From: Ferruginibacter sp.
Lineage (GTDB): Bacteria; Bacteroidota; Bacteroidia; Chitinophagales; Chitinophagaceae
NCBI GenBank assembly: GCA_043756235.1
Contig: JAYURK010000172.1
Span: forward strand, 6,310 to 70,309
Length of the DNA: 64,000 bases
Direction: 5' to 3'
Shown: one piece after another, positions 19,632 through 28,946 of the stretch
How the letters are laid out: every line of letters starts with the position of its first letter
Position numbering within the stretch: position 1 is the first letter of the stretch
The notes under the pieces: generated by a model
Databases searched by the model: none
What the model saw: the letters and a program-made list of their open reading frames with translations, nothing else
Told to the model about the DNA's origin: nothing
Program-made: the position numbers and the translations under genes

Positions 19632-20474
19632 CTATATAAGCAAATTGTCAATCAGTCTTACTGTATTTAAATAAGCTGCTGCCAAAACTACAAGGGGGCG
19701 TTTTCCATCCCAGTTTTGTACTGGTTGCAATGTAGCTGCTGCTGCAATTGAAACATAATCTACTTTAAAATTTTCTGCAGTTAAATATTGTATTGCTCTT
19801 TGCTCCAGGTCTGCAACATAGCCCGCTTTTATTTCTTTTTTTATAAAGAAAAGTGTTTCAGAAATTTTTGCAGCCTGTTTTTTTTCTTCAGCGGTTAAAC
19901 GCATATTGCGGCTGCTCATGGCGAGGCCATCGGGCTCCCGTAATGTGGGGCAAATAATAATGTTGATATTGAGGTGGGTTAATGCTACCAGTTTTTTTAT
20001 CACCATACATTGTTGATAATCTTTTTGGCCAAGGTAAAGATTATGTGGCATCACTATTTTTAAAAGCCGCTCTACCACGCGGCATACTCCCTGGAAATGG
20101 CCGGGGCGGTACTGGCCTTCTAAAATGGTTTCTAAAAATCCTAATGCGTAATGTGGCGGATTTGCAAAACCATCCGGGTAAATTTCCTGTACAGCAGGAA
20201 TAAATAAAATATCGCAGCCATTTTTTTCTAAAAGTTCAATGTCTTTTTCAATTGTAACCGGGTATTTTTCAAAATCTTTTGCATCGTTAAATTGTGCCGG
20301 GTTAATAAAAATGCTGCAAATGGTTACAGCATTTTCTTGTTTTGAATTAATTAATAAAGATATATGGCCTTGGTGCAAGGCACCCATTGTAGGCACAAAG
20401 CCAATACTGTTTCCCTGCATAGTAATTTGTGCAATACAGGCCTGCATTGCAGCTATTTTCTTAAATACTCTCAT
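19632..20474 (-). CDS. panC: Pantoate--beta-alanine ligase
   Basis: GFVPTMGALHQGH, RPGHFQGV, GQKDYQQ, REPDGLAMSSRN, RLIDN; ATG at 20474 preferred. Confidence 0.97.
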   Translation of the reverse strand: MRVFKKIAAMQACIAQITMQGNSIGFVPTMGALHQGHISLLINSKQENAVTICSIFINPAQFNDAKDFEKYPVTIEKDIELLEKNGCDILFIPAVQEIYPDGFANPPHYALGFLETILEGQYRPGHFQGVCRVVERLLKIVMPHNLYLGQKDYQQCMVIKKLVALTHLNINIIICPTLREPDGLAMSSRNMRLTAEEKKQAAKISETLFFIKKEIKAGYVADLEQRAIQYLTAENFKVDYVSIAAAATLQPVQNWDGKRPLVVLAAAYLNTVRLIDNLLI

Positions 20475-20533
20475 TTTTAATAACAATTAGTCTTCAAAAG
20501 CTTGTATAAGCTTAATTTCCAAAATAAAATTCA

Positions 20534-20541
20534 TACTTTTG
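20534..20541 (+). promoter_or_regulatory. Bacteroidota -7 promoter element for the GT5-like/DUF4270 operon
   Basis: TACTTTTG about 40 nt upstream of the ATG at 20583. Confidence 0.6.
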
Positions 20542-20582
20542 CACTCCCTTAAAAATTAAACCAGCATTTAATAAAGTGTAAA

Positions 20583-21395
20583 ATGTCAACAAAGAAAAGA
20601 ATTTTATTCATTGCAAACGAAATGTCGCCGTACCTGGAGCTTACAGATTTTGCAGAAATTGTGAATAAGCTTGCAGTAAAGTCTAATGACAGCGGTATGG
20701 AAGTGAGGTGCATAATGCCCAGGTTTGGAATTATAAACGAGCGCAGGCACCGGTTGCATGAAGTGGTACGTTTATCCGGCATCAATGTTTCTATTGATAA
20801 CGATGATTACCCTTTAATGATTAAAGTAGCCAGCTTGCCCAATGCCCGTTTACAAATTTATTTTTTAGACAATGAAGATTATTTTAAACGCAAATCTGTT
20901 TTTACCGACGAAAAAGAAAATTGGTTTGATGATAATGGTTTAAGAACTGTGTTGTTTTGTAAAGGAGCTTTAGAAACCGTAAAAAAATTCGGATGGCCTC
21001 CCGATATTATTCATTGCAGCGGCTGGATGACAGGTTTAATACCCATGTTTATTAAAAATGCTTATAAAAAAGAACCCGTTTTTGGAAACTGTAAAGTGGT
21101 TTACACTATTGGCGAAAATACTTTTAAGGATAAGCTGGGTGCCGATTTTTTAAAACTGGCCACCATTAACGATTATGTTACAAAAAAAGAATTGGAACCT
21201 TTTAATGATGCCAACAACATGGCTATGTTTAAAGGTGGTGCAACCTTTGCAGATGCGGTAACATTTGGTACTGCAAAAGCCGATAAAAAATTAGTAGAAG
21301 AATTTAGTAAAGTAAAAGGAAAAAAGATTTTGAAGTATAATGAAGAAAGTGATTTAACAGACTATTTGCAATTATATGCCGACCTTGCCAAGTAG
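20583..21395 (+). CDS. Glycogen/starch synthase catalytic-domain-like protein (single GT5 N-terminal domain)
   Basis: EVR..MPRFG.INERR..LHEV.RLSG, KVAS.P.AR.Q.YF.DNEDYFKRK, PDIIHC.GW. Confidence 0.85.
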   Translation: MSTKKRILFIANEMSPYLELTDFAEIVNKLAVKSNDSGMEVRCIMPRFGIINERRHRLHEVVRLSGINVSIDNDDYPLMIKVASLPNARLQIYFLDNEDYFKRKSVFTDEKENWFDDNGLRTVLFCKGALETVKKFGWPPDIIHCSGWMTGLIPMFIKNAYKKEPVFGNCKVVYTIGENTFKDKLGADFLKLATINDYVTKKELEPFNDANNMAMFKGGATFADAVTFGTAKADKKLVEEFSKVKGKKILKYNEESDLTDYLQLYADLAK

Positions 21396-21428
21396 ATAAA
21401 ATATCACTCTTTTATTAAAATTATTTTT

Positions 21429-22910
21429 GTGCAAATACGAATTTTACCTGTAATTATAACTGCCTTTTTTATTTTATCAGTAATTGCCGGTTGCAGTAAA
21501 TTAGATACCACCGATATTGGAAGTGATCTTTTACCCGCTATCGATAATGTAAATACTTTCGAAAAAATTTTAGACATTACCACCACACAAGGCATTTTTA
21601 GTAACGACTCTACCACGGTTAGTTATGATGATGATCATGTACTGGGAAAAATAAATAACGATCCTTTATTTGGTACCACTACTGCAAATGTATATGCACA
21701 GTTTAAGCCAACTTTTTACCCTTATTTTTATAATGTTCATAAAGATTCTCTGGTAGCATTTGACTCTGTGGTATTATGCCTGAGTTATAAAGGTTTTTGG
21801 GGAGATAGCTTAGTGCCTTTGCAATTACAGGTTAAAGAAGTGGCATTAAATGCCGGTGGCTTTTGGGATTCTGTAAACCAGGCAAAAAAAATTACTTATG
21901 CGCCACCCACATCAAATGTTTTGGGTAATGCTACTGTTAATATTAGCAGCCTCGGAAAATTTATGGTGTATGCAAACCATAAAGATTCAGTAAAAAATCA
22001 AATACGTATAAAATTATCAACCGCATTTGCAAATACATTATTTAGCAGAGACAGTACAAACGCTTTTCGTTCTGATTCTGCATTCAAAACTTTCCAAAAT
22101 GGATTTGCCATTGTTGCAAACGGAAGTGGTAACGGCATTTTGTATACCAACCTGCTGGATTCTTCTTCAAAAGTAGAAATTCATTTCCGTAAAAAAAATG
22201 GAGCAACAATTGATACTACTTTCTCTGCATTAAGAATTTCCACTGCAGCTTCAAGTTTTGCCACATCGGCCACAGCAAATAATATCATTCGTAACCGCAC
22301 TGGTTTTCCTGTGTCTAATCCGCCGGCAAGTGAATTGTATTTACAAACCACACCCGGTACTTATGTCGATTTAAAAGTACCGCAATTAGATACTTTTCGT
22401 AACAGCACTATTCATCGGGCCGAAATTATTATTGAGCAAATACCTTTTGATGTTACTTCGGATGCTTATTTTTCTGCTCCTGAATATTTGTATATCGATT
22501 TAAAAGATACTACCTCCAGTTTACCTAAATGGAAACCTATCTATTTCGATCTTAATCCTAATGTTGCTTACGACCCGGATTTTAAAAGCATATTTGGCAA
22601 TTCTTTTTTCCCCACAGGAGGAGTAGACTTTTTATACCATGGCGGGTTTAGCCGTACAAAAACTGATGTAAACACAGGTGGTCAAATTAAGTATTATAAT
22701 TTCAACATCAGCCGTTACGTACAGCAAATTGTAACAAAGCGCACTATTAATTATCCATTACGATTGTATGCGCCATACAATTTAGATTATGCACAATACA
22801 AAACAGTAATACCTTACACCAACAGGCTTGCAAAAGGACGGGTTAAAGTAGGTAGCGGCAGCAATCCTAATTATAAAATGCGTTTACGGTTGGTGTATTC
22901 AAAAATTTAA
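21429..22910 (+). CDS. DUF4270 family lipoprotein
   Basis: Lipobox IAGC; LG..NDPLFGTTTA, DSVVL.LSY..FWGD, Y.FNISRY.Q, C-terminal MRLRLVYS; usual neighbour of the GT5-like gene. Confidence 0.8.
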   Translation: MQIRILPVIITAFFILSVIAGCSKLDTTDIGSDLLPAIDNVNTFEKILDITTTQGIFSNDSTTVSYDDDHVLGKINNDPLFGTTTANVYAQFKPTFYPYFYNVHKDSLVAFDSVVLCLSYKGFWGDSLVPLQLQVKEVALNAGGFWDSVNQAKKITYAPPTSNVLGNATVNISSLGKFMVYANHKDSVKNQIRIKLSTAFANTLFSRDSTNAFRSDSAFKTFQNGFAIVANGSGNGILYTNLLDSSSKVEIHFRKKNGATIDTTFSALRISTAASSFATSATANNIIRNRTGFPVSNPPASELYLQTTPGTYVDLKVPQLDTFRNSTIHRAEIIIEQIPFDVTSDAYFSAPEYLYIDLKDTTSSLPKWKPIYFDLNPNVAYDPDFKSIFGNSFFPTGGVDFLYHGGFSRTKTDVNTGGQIKYYNFNISRYVQQIVTKRTINYPLRLYAPYNLDYAQYKTVIPYTNRLAKGRVKVGSGSNPNYKMRLRLVYSKI

Positions 22911-22937
22911 AAAAATTATTTATTAAGATAAGTGTAT

Positions 22938-22964
22938 AAGTCCGCCAAAAGCTTTGGCGGACTT
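22938..22964. terminator. Perfect 12-bp GC-rich hairpin (terminator or REP-like)
   Basis: AAGTCCGCCAAA-AGC-TTTGGCGGACTT followed by TGTTCTTT. Confidence 0.7.
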
Positions 22965-22986
22965 TGTTCTTTAATAACTGTACCCT

Positions 22987-22994
22987 TATCTTTG
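22987..22994 (+). promoter_or_regulatory. Bacteroidota -7 promoter element for metK
   Basis: TATCTTTG 20 nt before the ATG at 23015. Confidence 0.65.
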
Positions 22995-23014
22995 CAATCT
23001 TAAAAAAAAATAAT

Positions 23015-24268
23015 ATGCCGTATTTATTTACTTCAGAATCTGTTAGTGAAGGACATCCTGATAAAGTTGCTGACCAAATCAGCGACGCACTTATTGATAA
23101 TTTTTTAGCTTTTGATCCGCAGAGTAAAGTGGCCTGCGAAACATTGGTAACTACAGGCCAGGTAGTATTAGCAGGTGAAGTAAAAAGCAAAGCTTATTTA
23201 GATGTGCAGGAAATTGCCCGGGGTGTAATCCGTAAAATTGGTTATACCAAAAGCGAATATATGTTTGAAGCAAACAGTTGCGGTATTCTTTCAGCAATAC
23301 ACGAACAATCAAGCGATATTAATCAGGGTGTAGATAAAAAGAAAAAAGAAGAGCAGGGTGCAGGCGATCAGGGAATGATGTTTGGTTATGCAACAAACGA
23401 AACAGAACATTATATGCCCATGGCTTTAGATCTTGCTCATAATTTATTAATTGAATTAGCAGTTATACGCCGTGAAAAAAATTCTAAAATGCCTTACCTG
23501 CGTCCCGATGCAAAAAGCCAGGTAACATTAGAATACAATGATAAAAACGAGCCGGTGCGTATTGATGCTATTGTAATATCTACACAGCATGATGATTTTG
23601 ACAGCGAAGCAAAAATGCTTGCAAAAATTAAAGCCGATGTGATAAATGTTTTAATACCAAGAATTAAAACAAGGTATAAAAAATACGCAAAGTTGTTTAA
23701 TAATGATATTACCTATCACATTAACCCAACTGGTAAATTTGTAATTGGCGGTCCGCATGGGGATACTGGTTTAACAGGCCGTAAAATTATTGTAGATACA
23801 TACGGTGGTAAAGGAGCCCACGGCGGTGGCGCATTTAGTGGTAAAGATCCCAGTAAAGTTGACCGTTCTGCTGCTTATGCTACAAGGCATATTGCAAAAA
23901 ATTTAGTAGCTGCCGGTTTGTGCAGCGAAGTGTTGGTGCAGGTTTCTTATGCTATCGGTGTTGCAAAACCTACCAGCATTAATGTTAACACTTACGGCAC
24001 TGCTGCTGTTCAATTAACAGATGGGCAAATAAGCAAAATAGTAGAAGGCGTTTTTGATATGCGTCCTTACTTTATAGAGCAGCGTTTAAAATTACGTAAC
24101 CCCATTTACAGCGAAACTGCAGCTTATGGCCATATGGGCCGTGTACCGCAGGTGGTAGAAAAAACTTTTACTTCTCCAGATGGTAAAAAAATTATTAAGA
24201 AAGTAGAATTGTTTACCTGGGAAAAATTAGACTATGTAAATAAAGTGAAGAAGGCGTTTGGAATTTAA
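23015..24268 (+). CDS. metK: Methionine adenosyltransferase
   Basis: [32 protein letters not shown]; start ATG at 23015. Confidence 0.98.
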   Translation: MPYLFTSESVSEGHPDKVADQISDALIDNFLAFDPQSKVACETLVTTGQVVLAGEVKSKAYLDVQEIARGVIRKIGYTKSEYMFEANSCGILSAIHEQSSDINQGVDKKKKEEQGAGDQGMMFGYATNETEHYMPMALDLAHNLLIELAVIRREKNSKMPYLRPDAKSQVTLEYNDKNEPVRIDAIVISTQHDDFDSEAKMLAKIKADVINVLIPRIKTRYKKYAKLFNNDITYHINPTGKFVIGGPHGDTGLTGRKIIVDTYGGKGAHGGGAFSGKDPSKVDRSAAYATRHIAKNLVAAGLCSEVLVQVSYAIGVAKPTSINVNTYGTAAVQLTDGQISKIVEGVFDMRPYFIEQRLKLRNPIYSETAAYGHMGRVPQVVEKTFTSPDGKKIIKKVELFTWEKLDYVNKVKKAFGI

Positions 24269-24290
24269 GCCCCTATCCCCTAAAGGGGGA
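24269..24290. repeat. Short REP-like palindrome abutting the metK stop
   Basis: GCCCCTATCCCCTAAAGGGGGA, a GC-rich CCCC-TAAA-GGGG hairpin in AT-rich DNA. Confidence 0.5.
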
Positions 24291-24325
24291 AATAGAGAAA
24301 AATTATGTTTTATTAAGATTATAAG

Positions 24326-24364
24326 AAAGAGGCTGAATTTATTTTCAGTCTCTTTTTATTTTTG
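24326..24364 (+). terminator. Intrinsic terminator after metK
   Basis: AAAGAGGCTGAA/TTCAGTCTCTTT stem followed by a T-rich tract. Confidence 0.75.
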
Positions 24365-24429
24365 TGCAACTGTAATTTACCCCGTAATTTTTATTTTAAA
24401 AAACAGACCTTTGCATCAAAATAAATATC

Positions 24430-25254
24430 GTGAGACCTTTTAAACATCAGCAGCAGCGCCCCAAAAAAAGCAGTTTAGTAGTTGGAAGAAAAGCCATTAT
24501 TGAAGCCCTGCAAACGGGCAAACAATTAGAGCGTATTTATATGCAAACCACTGTGCATGGCGAAGTAATTGATGAAATAAAAACTTTAGCAGAAAAAAAC
24601 TTAGTACCCATAAACAAAGTGCCTGTTGAAAAACTCAACAACTTTAATGTAAGCAACCACGAAGGTTGTGTAGCCTTAATTTCTAAAATACAATACCAGG
24701 ATCTGCAGGATGTAATTTCTTTTATTGTTGATAAAGGAGAGATGCCATTATTTTTAATTTTAGATGGCATAACCGACATCAGAAATATTGGAGGCATTGC
24801 CCGAAGTGCTTTTTGCTTTGGGGTAAACGCCATAATTATTCCTGATAAAGGAGTAGGGGCATTAAATGAAGATGCCATAACAACCTCTGCCGGTGCACTG
24901 GAACAAATGGCGGTATGCCGTGTAAGCAGCTTAATGAAAACCGTTGATGACCTGCACCTGAATGGTATAAAAGTTTATGCCAGTGAAATGACTGCAGAAA
25001 AAAGTATCGGCGATATTAATTTAAAAGAGCCTGCCGCCATAATTATGGGCAGCGAAGACAAAGGTATTTATCCTGCATTAATGAAAATTTGTGATGCACA
25101 ATTCAAAATCCCCATGGCCGGGGAATTTGAAAGTTTAAATGTTAGTGTAGCTACTGGAATAATTTTGTATGAGGTGATGAAGCAAAGAACAATCCTGACA
25201 TTATCTCTAATTTTTATTGTGGTTTGGAAAATAAGTAACGGAATTTTTCTTTAA
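24430..25254 (+). CDS. rlmB: 23S rRNA (Gm2251) 2'-O-methyltransferase, SPOUT family, with apparent C-terminal read-through extension
   Basis: LILDGITDIRNIGGIARSA, IMGSEDKG, IPM.G..ESLNVSVA.GIILYE. Confidence 0.92.
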   Translation: MRPFKHQQQRPKKSSLVVGRKAIIEALQTGKQLERIYMQTTVHGEVIDEIKTLAEKNLVPINKVPVEKLNNFNVSNHEGCVALISKIQYQDLQDVISFIVDKGEMPLFLILDGITDIRNIGGIARSAFCFGVNAIIIPDKGVGALNEDAITTSAGALEQMAVCRVSSLMKTVDDLHLNGIKVYASEMTAEKSIGDINLKEPAAIIMGSEDKGIYPALMKICDAQFKIPMAGEFESLNVSVATGIILYEVMKQRTILTLSLIFIVVWKISNGIFL

Positions 25255-26014
25255 AGCCCCCTTTCTTTGCCAACTCTTGAATGATAGTTGCGTATTCGTG
25301 TATTAAAATTTTAAACGGGCTATAGGTATTAATATTATGTGTAATTCCATAAACAGGAGTAGCCGATTCTTTTGCATAAGTTCCAAACAAATGATCATAT
25401 ATCATTAATACGCCACCCAGATTTTTATCAATATATTCGGGGTTGGTTCCATGGTGTACCCGGTGATTAGATGGCGTATTAAAAATCCAGTCCAGCACAC
25501 CCAGCTTTCCAATTTTTTCAGTATGTACCAAAAAATTTTGTATGGCAGTAACGGACTCAATGAGCAGGATCATCTGAGGAGGAAAGCCAAGAAAACATAG
25601 GGGTGACCAAAACAGGAAACGATAAAAAAGATGAAAAAAGTTAGTACGCCATCCTGTGGAAATATTAAAATGCTCCGATGAATGATGGGTTACATGTGCT
25701 GCCCAGAATAACCGTATTTTATGCCCCAGTAAGTGATAGAAATAATGAATAAAATCACAGCTTAAAAAGCCCGCTATCCATAACCACCACGATAACTCCG
25801 GAGTAAAAATTGCAACTCTGTAGGCCAAAGAAAAAATACTAAACTCCACCCCTTTTACAAATAACCCAACAAGTATAAGACATACCCCAATTATAAAATT
25901 CGCCTTCATATCTTTTATCACATTTTTATCGGGTTTATGCATTAGTATTAATGCAAATTCTATGAAAAATGCGGCAAATAAAAATATGGTTGCTATTATA
26001 TCAAACTTAAACAT
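25214..26014 (-). CDS. Sterol desaturase / fatty acid hydroxylase superfamily membrane di-iron enzyme (alkylglycerol monooxygenase-like)
   Basis: His boxes HLLGH, HVTHHSS, VHT and HRVHH; NTPS..RVHH..N..YIDKN.GG....DHLFGT. Confidence 0.9.
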   Translation of the reverse strand: MFKFDIIATIFLFAAFFIEFALILMHKPDKNVIKDMKANFIIGVCLILVGLFVKGVEFSIFSLAYRVAIFTPELSWWLWIAGFLSCDFIHYFYHLLGHKIRLFWAAHVTHHSSEHFNISTGWRTNFFHLFYRFLFWSPLCFLGFPPQMILLIESVTAIQNFLVHTEKIGKLGVLDWIFNTPSNHRVHHGTNPEYIDKNLGGVLMIYDHLFGTYAKESATPVYGITHNINTYSPFKILIHEYATIIQELAKKGGFKEKFRYLFSKPQ

Positions 26015-26041
26015 GAGTATAAATTTATCGGATTTGTAATG

Positions 26042-26902
26042 TTAGTTACAGGCAACTTGTGTAGATGATGGAACGGTTGAAGGCCCGGGTAAACTACGAA
26101 CGAAACCGATATCGGGGTTTAATTTTTCCATTGTGTAATTAGTAATTTTTCTTTTTATAAACCTTGGTAAAATAGCATCCAGTAACATAAACAACTGATT
26201 CAGCCTGCCGGGAATAATGACTTCTTTCTTTCTCATTAATCCATCAAGGGCAACAGGCACTACCTGTTCAGGGTCCATAATAGAAAGACGGGAAAGATAA
26301 TGTCCTGTTTTATTCATAAGTGTAATTGCAAGATTGGTATTCATACCACCGGGGCATAAAACACTTACATAAACATTATCCTTTTTCAGTTCTTTACGCA
26401 GGCTTTTTGAGAAATAATAAATAAATGATTTTGTGGCGCCATAAACATGTTTTTTAGGTAATTGAAAGAAAGAAGCCAAGCTTCCTACATTCAAGATATA
26501 GGACGGGCTGTTTTGTTTTAGCATATTAATAAACAGGCGTGTAATAAGTGTTGTGGCCAGTACATTCAGTTTTATTTGTTTCTCATACAGATTAATACTT
26601 CCTTCGGCAAACAATACGGTACTGCCAATTCCGGCATTGTTCAGCAGCATATTTACGGGCAACTTTAAAGCACTTACTTCATTGAAAAGTTGAATGCAGC
26701 TTTCGTCCCGGCAAAGATCTTTTTCAATACTTATTACATCAACACTATAATTGCGTTTAATAAAACCGGCAAGCATATATATTTCTGGGCCGGGTAATGC
26801 CACCAGTATAAGATTCATTTTACGGCGGGCACATTCCATTGCAAGTGCTTTACCAAATCCTTCGCTGGCTCCGGTTATTAAGGTGTAAAAATTGTTAGTC
26901 AT
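26042..26902 (-). CDS. Classical SDR oxidoreductase
   Basis: TGASEGFG, LNNAG, catalytic YGATK, VLCPG. Confidence 0.92.
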   Translation of the reverse strand: MTNNFYTLITGASEGFGKALAMECARRKMNLILVALPGPEIYMLAGFIKRNYSVDVISIEKDLCRDESCIQLFNEVSALKLPVNMLLNNAGIGSTVLFAEGSINLYEKQIKLNVLATTLITRLFINMLKQNSPSYILNVGSLASFFQLPKKHVYGATKSFIYYFSKSLRKELKKDNVYVSVLCPGGMNTNLAITLMNKTGHYLSRLSIMDPEQVVPVALDGLMRKKEVIIPGRLNQLFMLLDAILPRFIKRKITNYTMEKLNPDIGFVRSLPGPSTVPSSTQVACN

Positions 26903-27884
26903 GCTGTTGGGTTTTTAAAAAGTGAATGGTTTTATTTAATGCTTCTTCCAGTGGAGTAATGTTATAACCAAGTTCCCGAGTTGCTTTTTCGCTGGAGAAA
27001 GTATAATTGCACAAAAGATAATCTGCAACCTTTAAAGTAAGGCGGGGCTGAGTACCTGTTAGTTTGTAATTCAGCAGTTGCAAAACTGCCCATCCTTTAA
27101 TTATATTTTTTGAAAGCTTGATAACACGTCCGTTGCAGAGGGAGAGGGTACGTATGAGCTCAAAGAATTCCAGGTACGAAATATTTATTCCACCCAATAT
27201 ATATCTTTCACCGGTTTTTCCTTTTTCCATAGCCAGAAGGTGACCATTTACTATGTCATCAATAAAAGCCATGCAAACTTTGTAATTACCCGGTGCTGGA
27301 ATAAATGCAATTCTTTTTTTAAGGAACTTCTCTATCATTGCATTTGCTGTAAGCGAATGCGAAATAATACCGGGGCCATAAATTTTAGACGGGCATACAA
27401 CAACGGCATCCATTCCTTTGTTTGTATAGTCAAAAACAAGGTCTTCCCCCATTTTTTTTGATAACTCATAATCAATACAAAATCCTGCAATACGAGGATC
27501 CCTTTCACTCATTGGTTCATTAAGTGATGGCCCAATTACACCGCAGGTACTGGTGAAAACAGCTTTTTGTACACCGGTTTTTATGGCTGCATCTAATACA
27601 TTTCTTGTTCCTTCCACATTTACATCATAAAAAACAGCAGGGTCTTTAGCCCATAATCCTACCCTGGCAGCTGTGTGATAAACTTGCCGGCATCCTGCCA
27701 TAGCAATCACCAATTTTTCTTTTTCAAGAATATCGCCTTTAAAAACGGTAATATTAGGATGCTGTAATAATTCTTTTGCTGAAGCTGAACGCACCAAGGC
27801 ATGAACCTGGTGTCCTTTTTCTGCTAATGTATAGGTCAACTTATTGCCTAAATATCCTGAAGCGCCGGTTACAAATATTTTCAT
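26895..27884 (-). CDS. Extended SDR, NAD-dependent epimerase/dehydratase (dihydroflavonol reductase / HpnA / 3beta-HSD-like)
   Basis: TGASGYLG, HTAA, NVEGTRNVL, YELSK, IYGPG, G.TGERYILGG. Confidence 0.9.
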   Translation of the reverse strand: MKIFVTGASGYLGNKLTYTLAEKGHQVHALVRSASAKELLQHPNITVFKGDILEKEKLVIAMAGCRQVYHTAARVGLWAKDPAVFYDVNVEGTRNVLDAAIKTGVQKAVFTSTCGVIGPSLNEPMSERDPRIAGFCIDYELSKKMGEDLVFDYTNKGMDAVVVCPSKIYGPGIISHSLTANAMIEKFLKKRIAFIPAPGNYKVCMAFIDDIVNGHLLAMEKGKTGERYILGGINISYLEFFELIRTLSLCNGRVIKLSKNIIKGWAVLQLLNYKLTGTQPRLTLKVADYLLCNYTFSSEKATRELGYNITPLEEALNKTIHFLKTQQHD

Positions 27885-28567
27885 GTAAACGTATTTGAAG
27901 GTTTATTAATTGTTGTCAACAATTGTATTTCGTAGGGTAAAGCAAAAGCAATATGTAATATCATTGCAGGCCATGCAGCACCTTGCCAGATGCACAGGCC
28001 ACAAAGCAATAATCCAAAGGGGATGCAGATCAGCACTTCATCTTTTCCATTCACTATATGCAGTAAAGTATAAAGACCAATATTTATAATAATGGCAGAC
28101 GGTATCCCAAAATTGTTAATGCAAGCGGAGAGCAGGTAACCACGAAACCAAGATTCATATGCACACAAAAATAACAGGCGTACCAAAAAATAACTTATGA
28201 TGAAAGTAGAGCTGAACAAAGCCCCCCCTGCATATTTGCCGGGTATGACGCTTTTATTCCTATCTGCAATTCCGGGTGCAAGAATGATAAAAGCGATAGT
28301 GAAAAAAGAGATACATTCAATGCATAGTGAATCTGTAATGCTGCCTGTTCCAAATGTTGTTTCAAAAAAATGATTGAAAAGGAATGCAGGAAGTATGCCT
28401 AATAAAAAAATACCACCAGTGTGTAAGCTGATAATAATTTGCTGATTGCCAGTATTACCGTCTTTATCCAGTATCCTGTTGCCCTTTTTTAATTTAGCCT
28501 GCCAAAGCAGTATAAAAAAAAGGAAGTAGCTGATGGAAAAATTAATTATTATTGATCCTTGTGCCAT
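27881..28567 (-). CDS. CPBP (Abi/Rce1-like) intramembrane protein with degenerate motifs
   Basis: Multi-TM; YESWFRG, YTLLH and AMILH correspond to CPBP motifs 1, 2 and 4. Confidence 0.75.
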   Translation of the reverse strand: MAQGSIIINFSISYFLFFILLWQAKLKKGNRILDKDGNTGNQQIIISLHTGGIFLLGILPAFLFNHFFETTFGTGSITDSLCIECISFFTIAFIILAPGIADRNKSVIPGKYAGGALFSSTFIISYFLVRLLFLCAYESWFRGYLLSACINNFGIPSAIIINIGLYTLLHIVNGKDEVLICIPFGLLLCGLCIWQGAAWPAMILHIAFALPYEIQLLTTINKPSNTFT

Positions 28568-28590
28568 TGTATATTTTTAAAATGATTTGT

Positions 28591-28773
28591 TCATACAGTA
28601 ATCTCTTTACCTCTTGTAATTTTAGGGAGAACATTTTTATTCTCATCTTTCAATTTTACAGTATATCCGCCATCATCCGTTTTTGTTACTCTGATAAATA
28701 ATTTGATACAAAAAAAACTGGTTATAGTAAAAACTGGAATTCTACCCTAAAAATATATTACTGAAAAAGTCAT
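28591..28773 (-). pseudogene. Possible 60-codon small membrane-protein ORF interrupted by one TAG
   Basis: ATG at 28773 reads MTFSVIYF*GRIPVFTITSFFCIKLFIRVTKTDDGGYTVKLKDENKNVLPKITRGKEITV* and ends 23 nt before the CPBP start. Confidence 0.3.
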
Positions 28774-28946
28774 TCCTAATTGATAAAATAGAACAGCTTT
28801 TAAAATTTAGTAATTACTGCTGTTTTAGCAAAAACCCCACAGTCAGCTATAATATTTTTGCAAAAGATGCTAATATGATTATCTTAACAGTCAGGAAATC
28901 CTAATTTTTTTTACCCCTAAAACAATTATTACTAAAAAAACTTGGC

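Noticed and set aside
22911-23014. SAM riboswitch upstream of metK
   Set aside because: The promoter motif is only 20 nt from the ATG and no SAM aptamer consensus is visible; the hairpin lies upstream of the promoter
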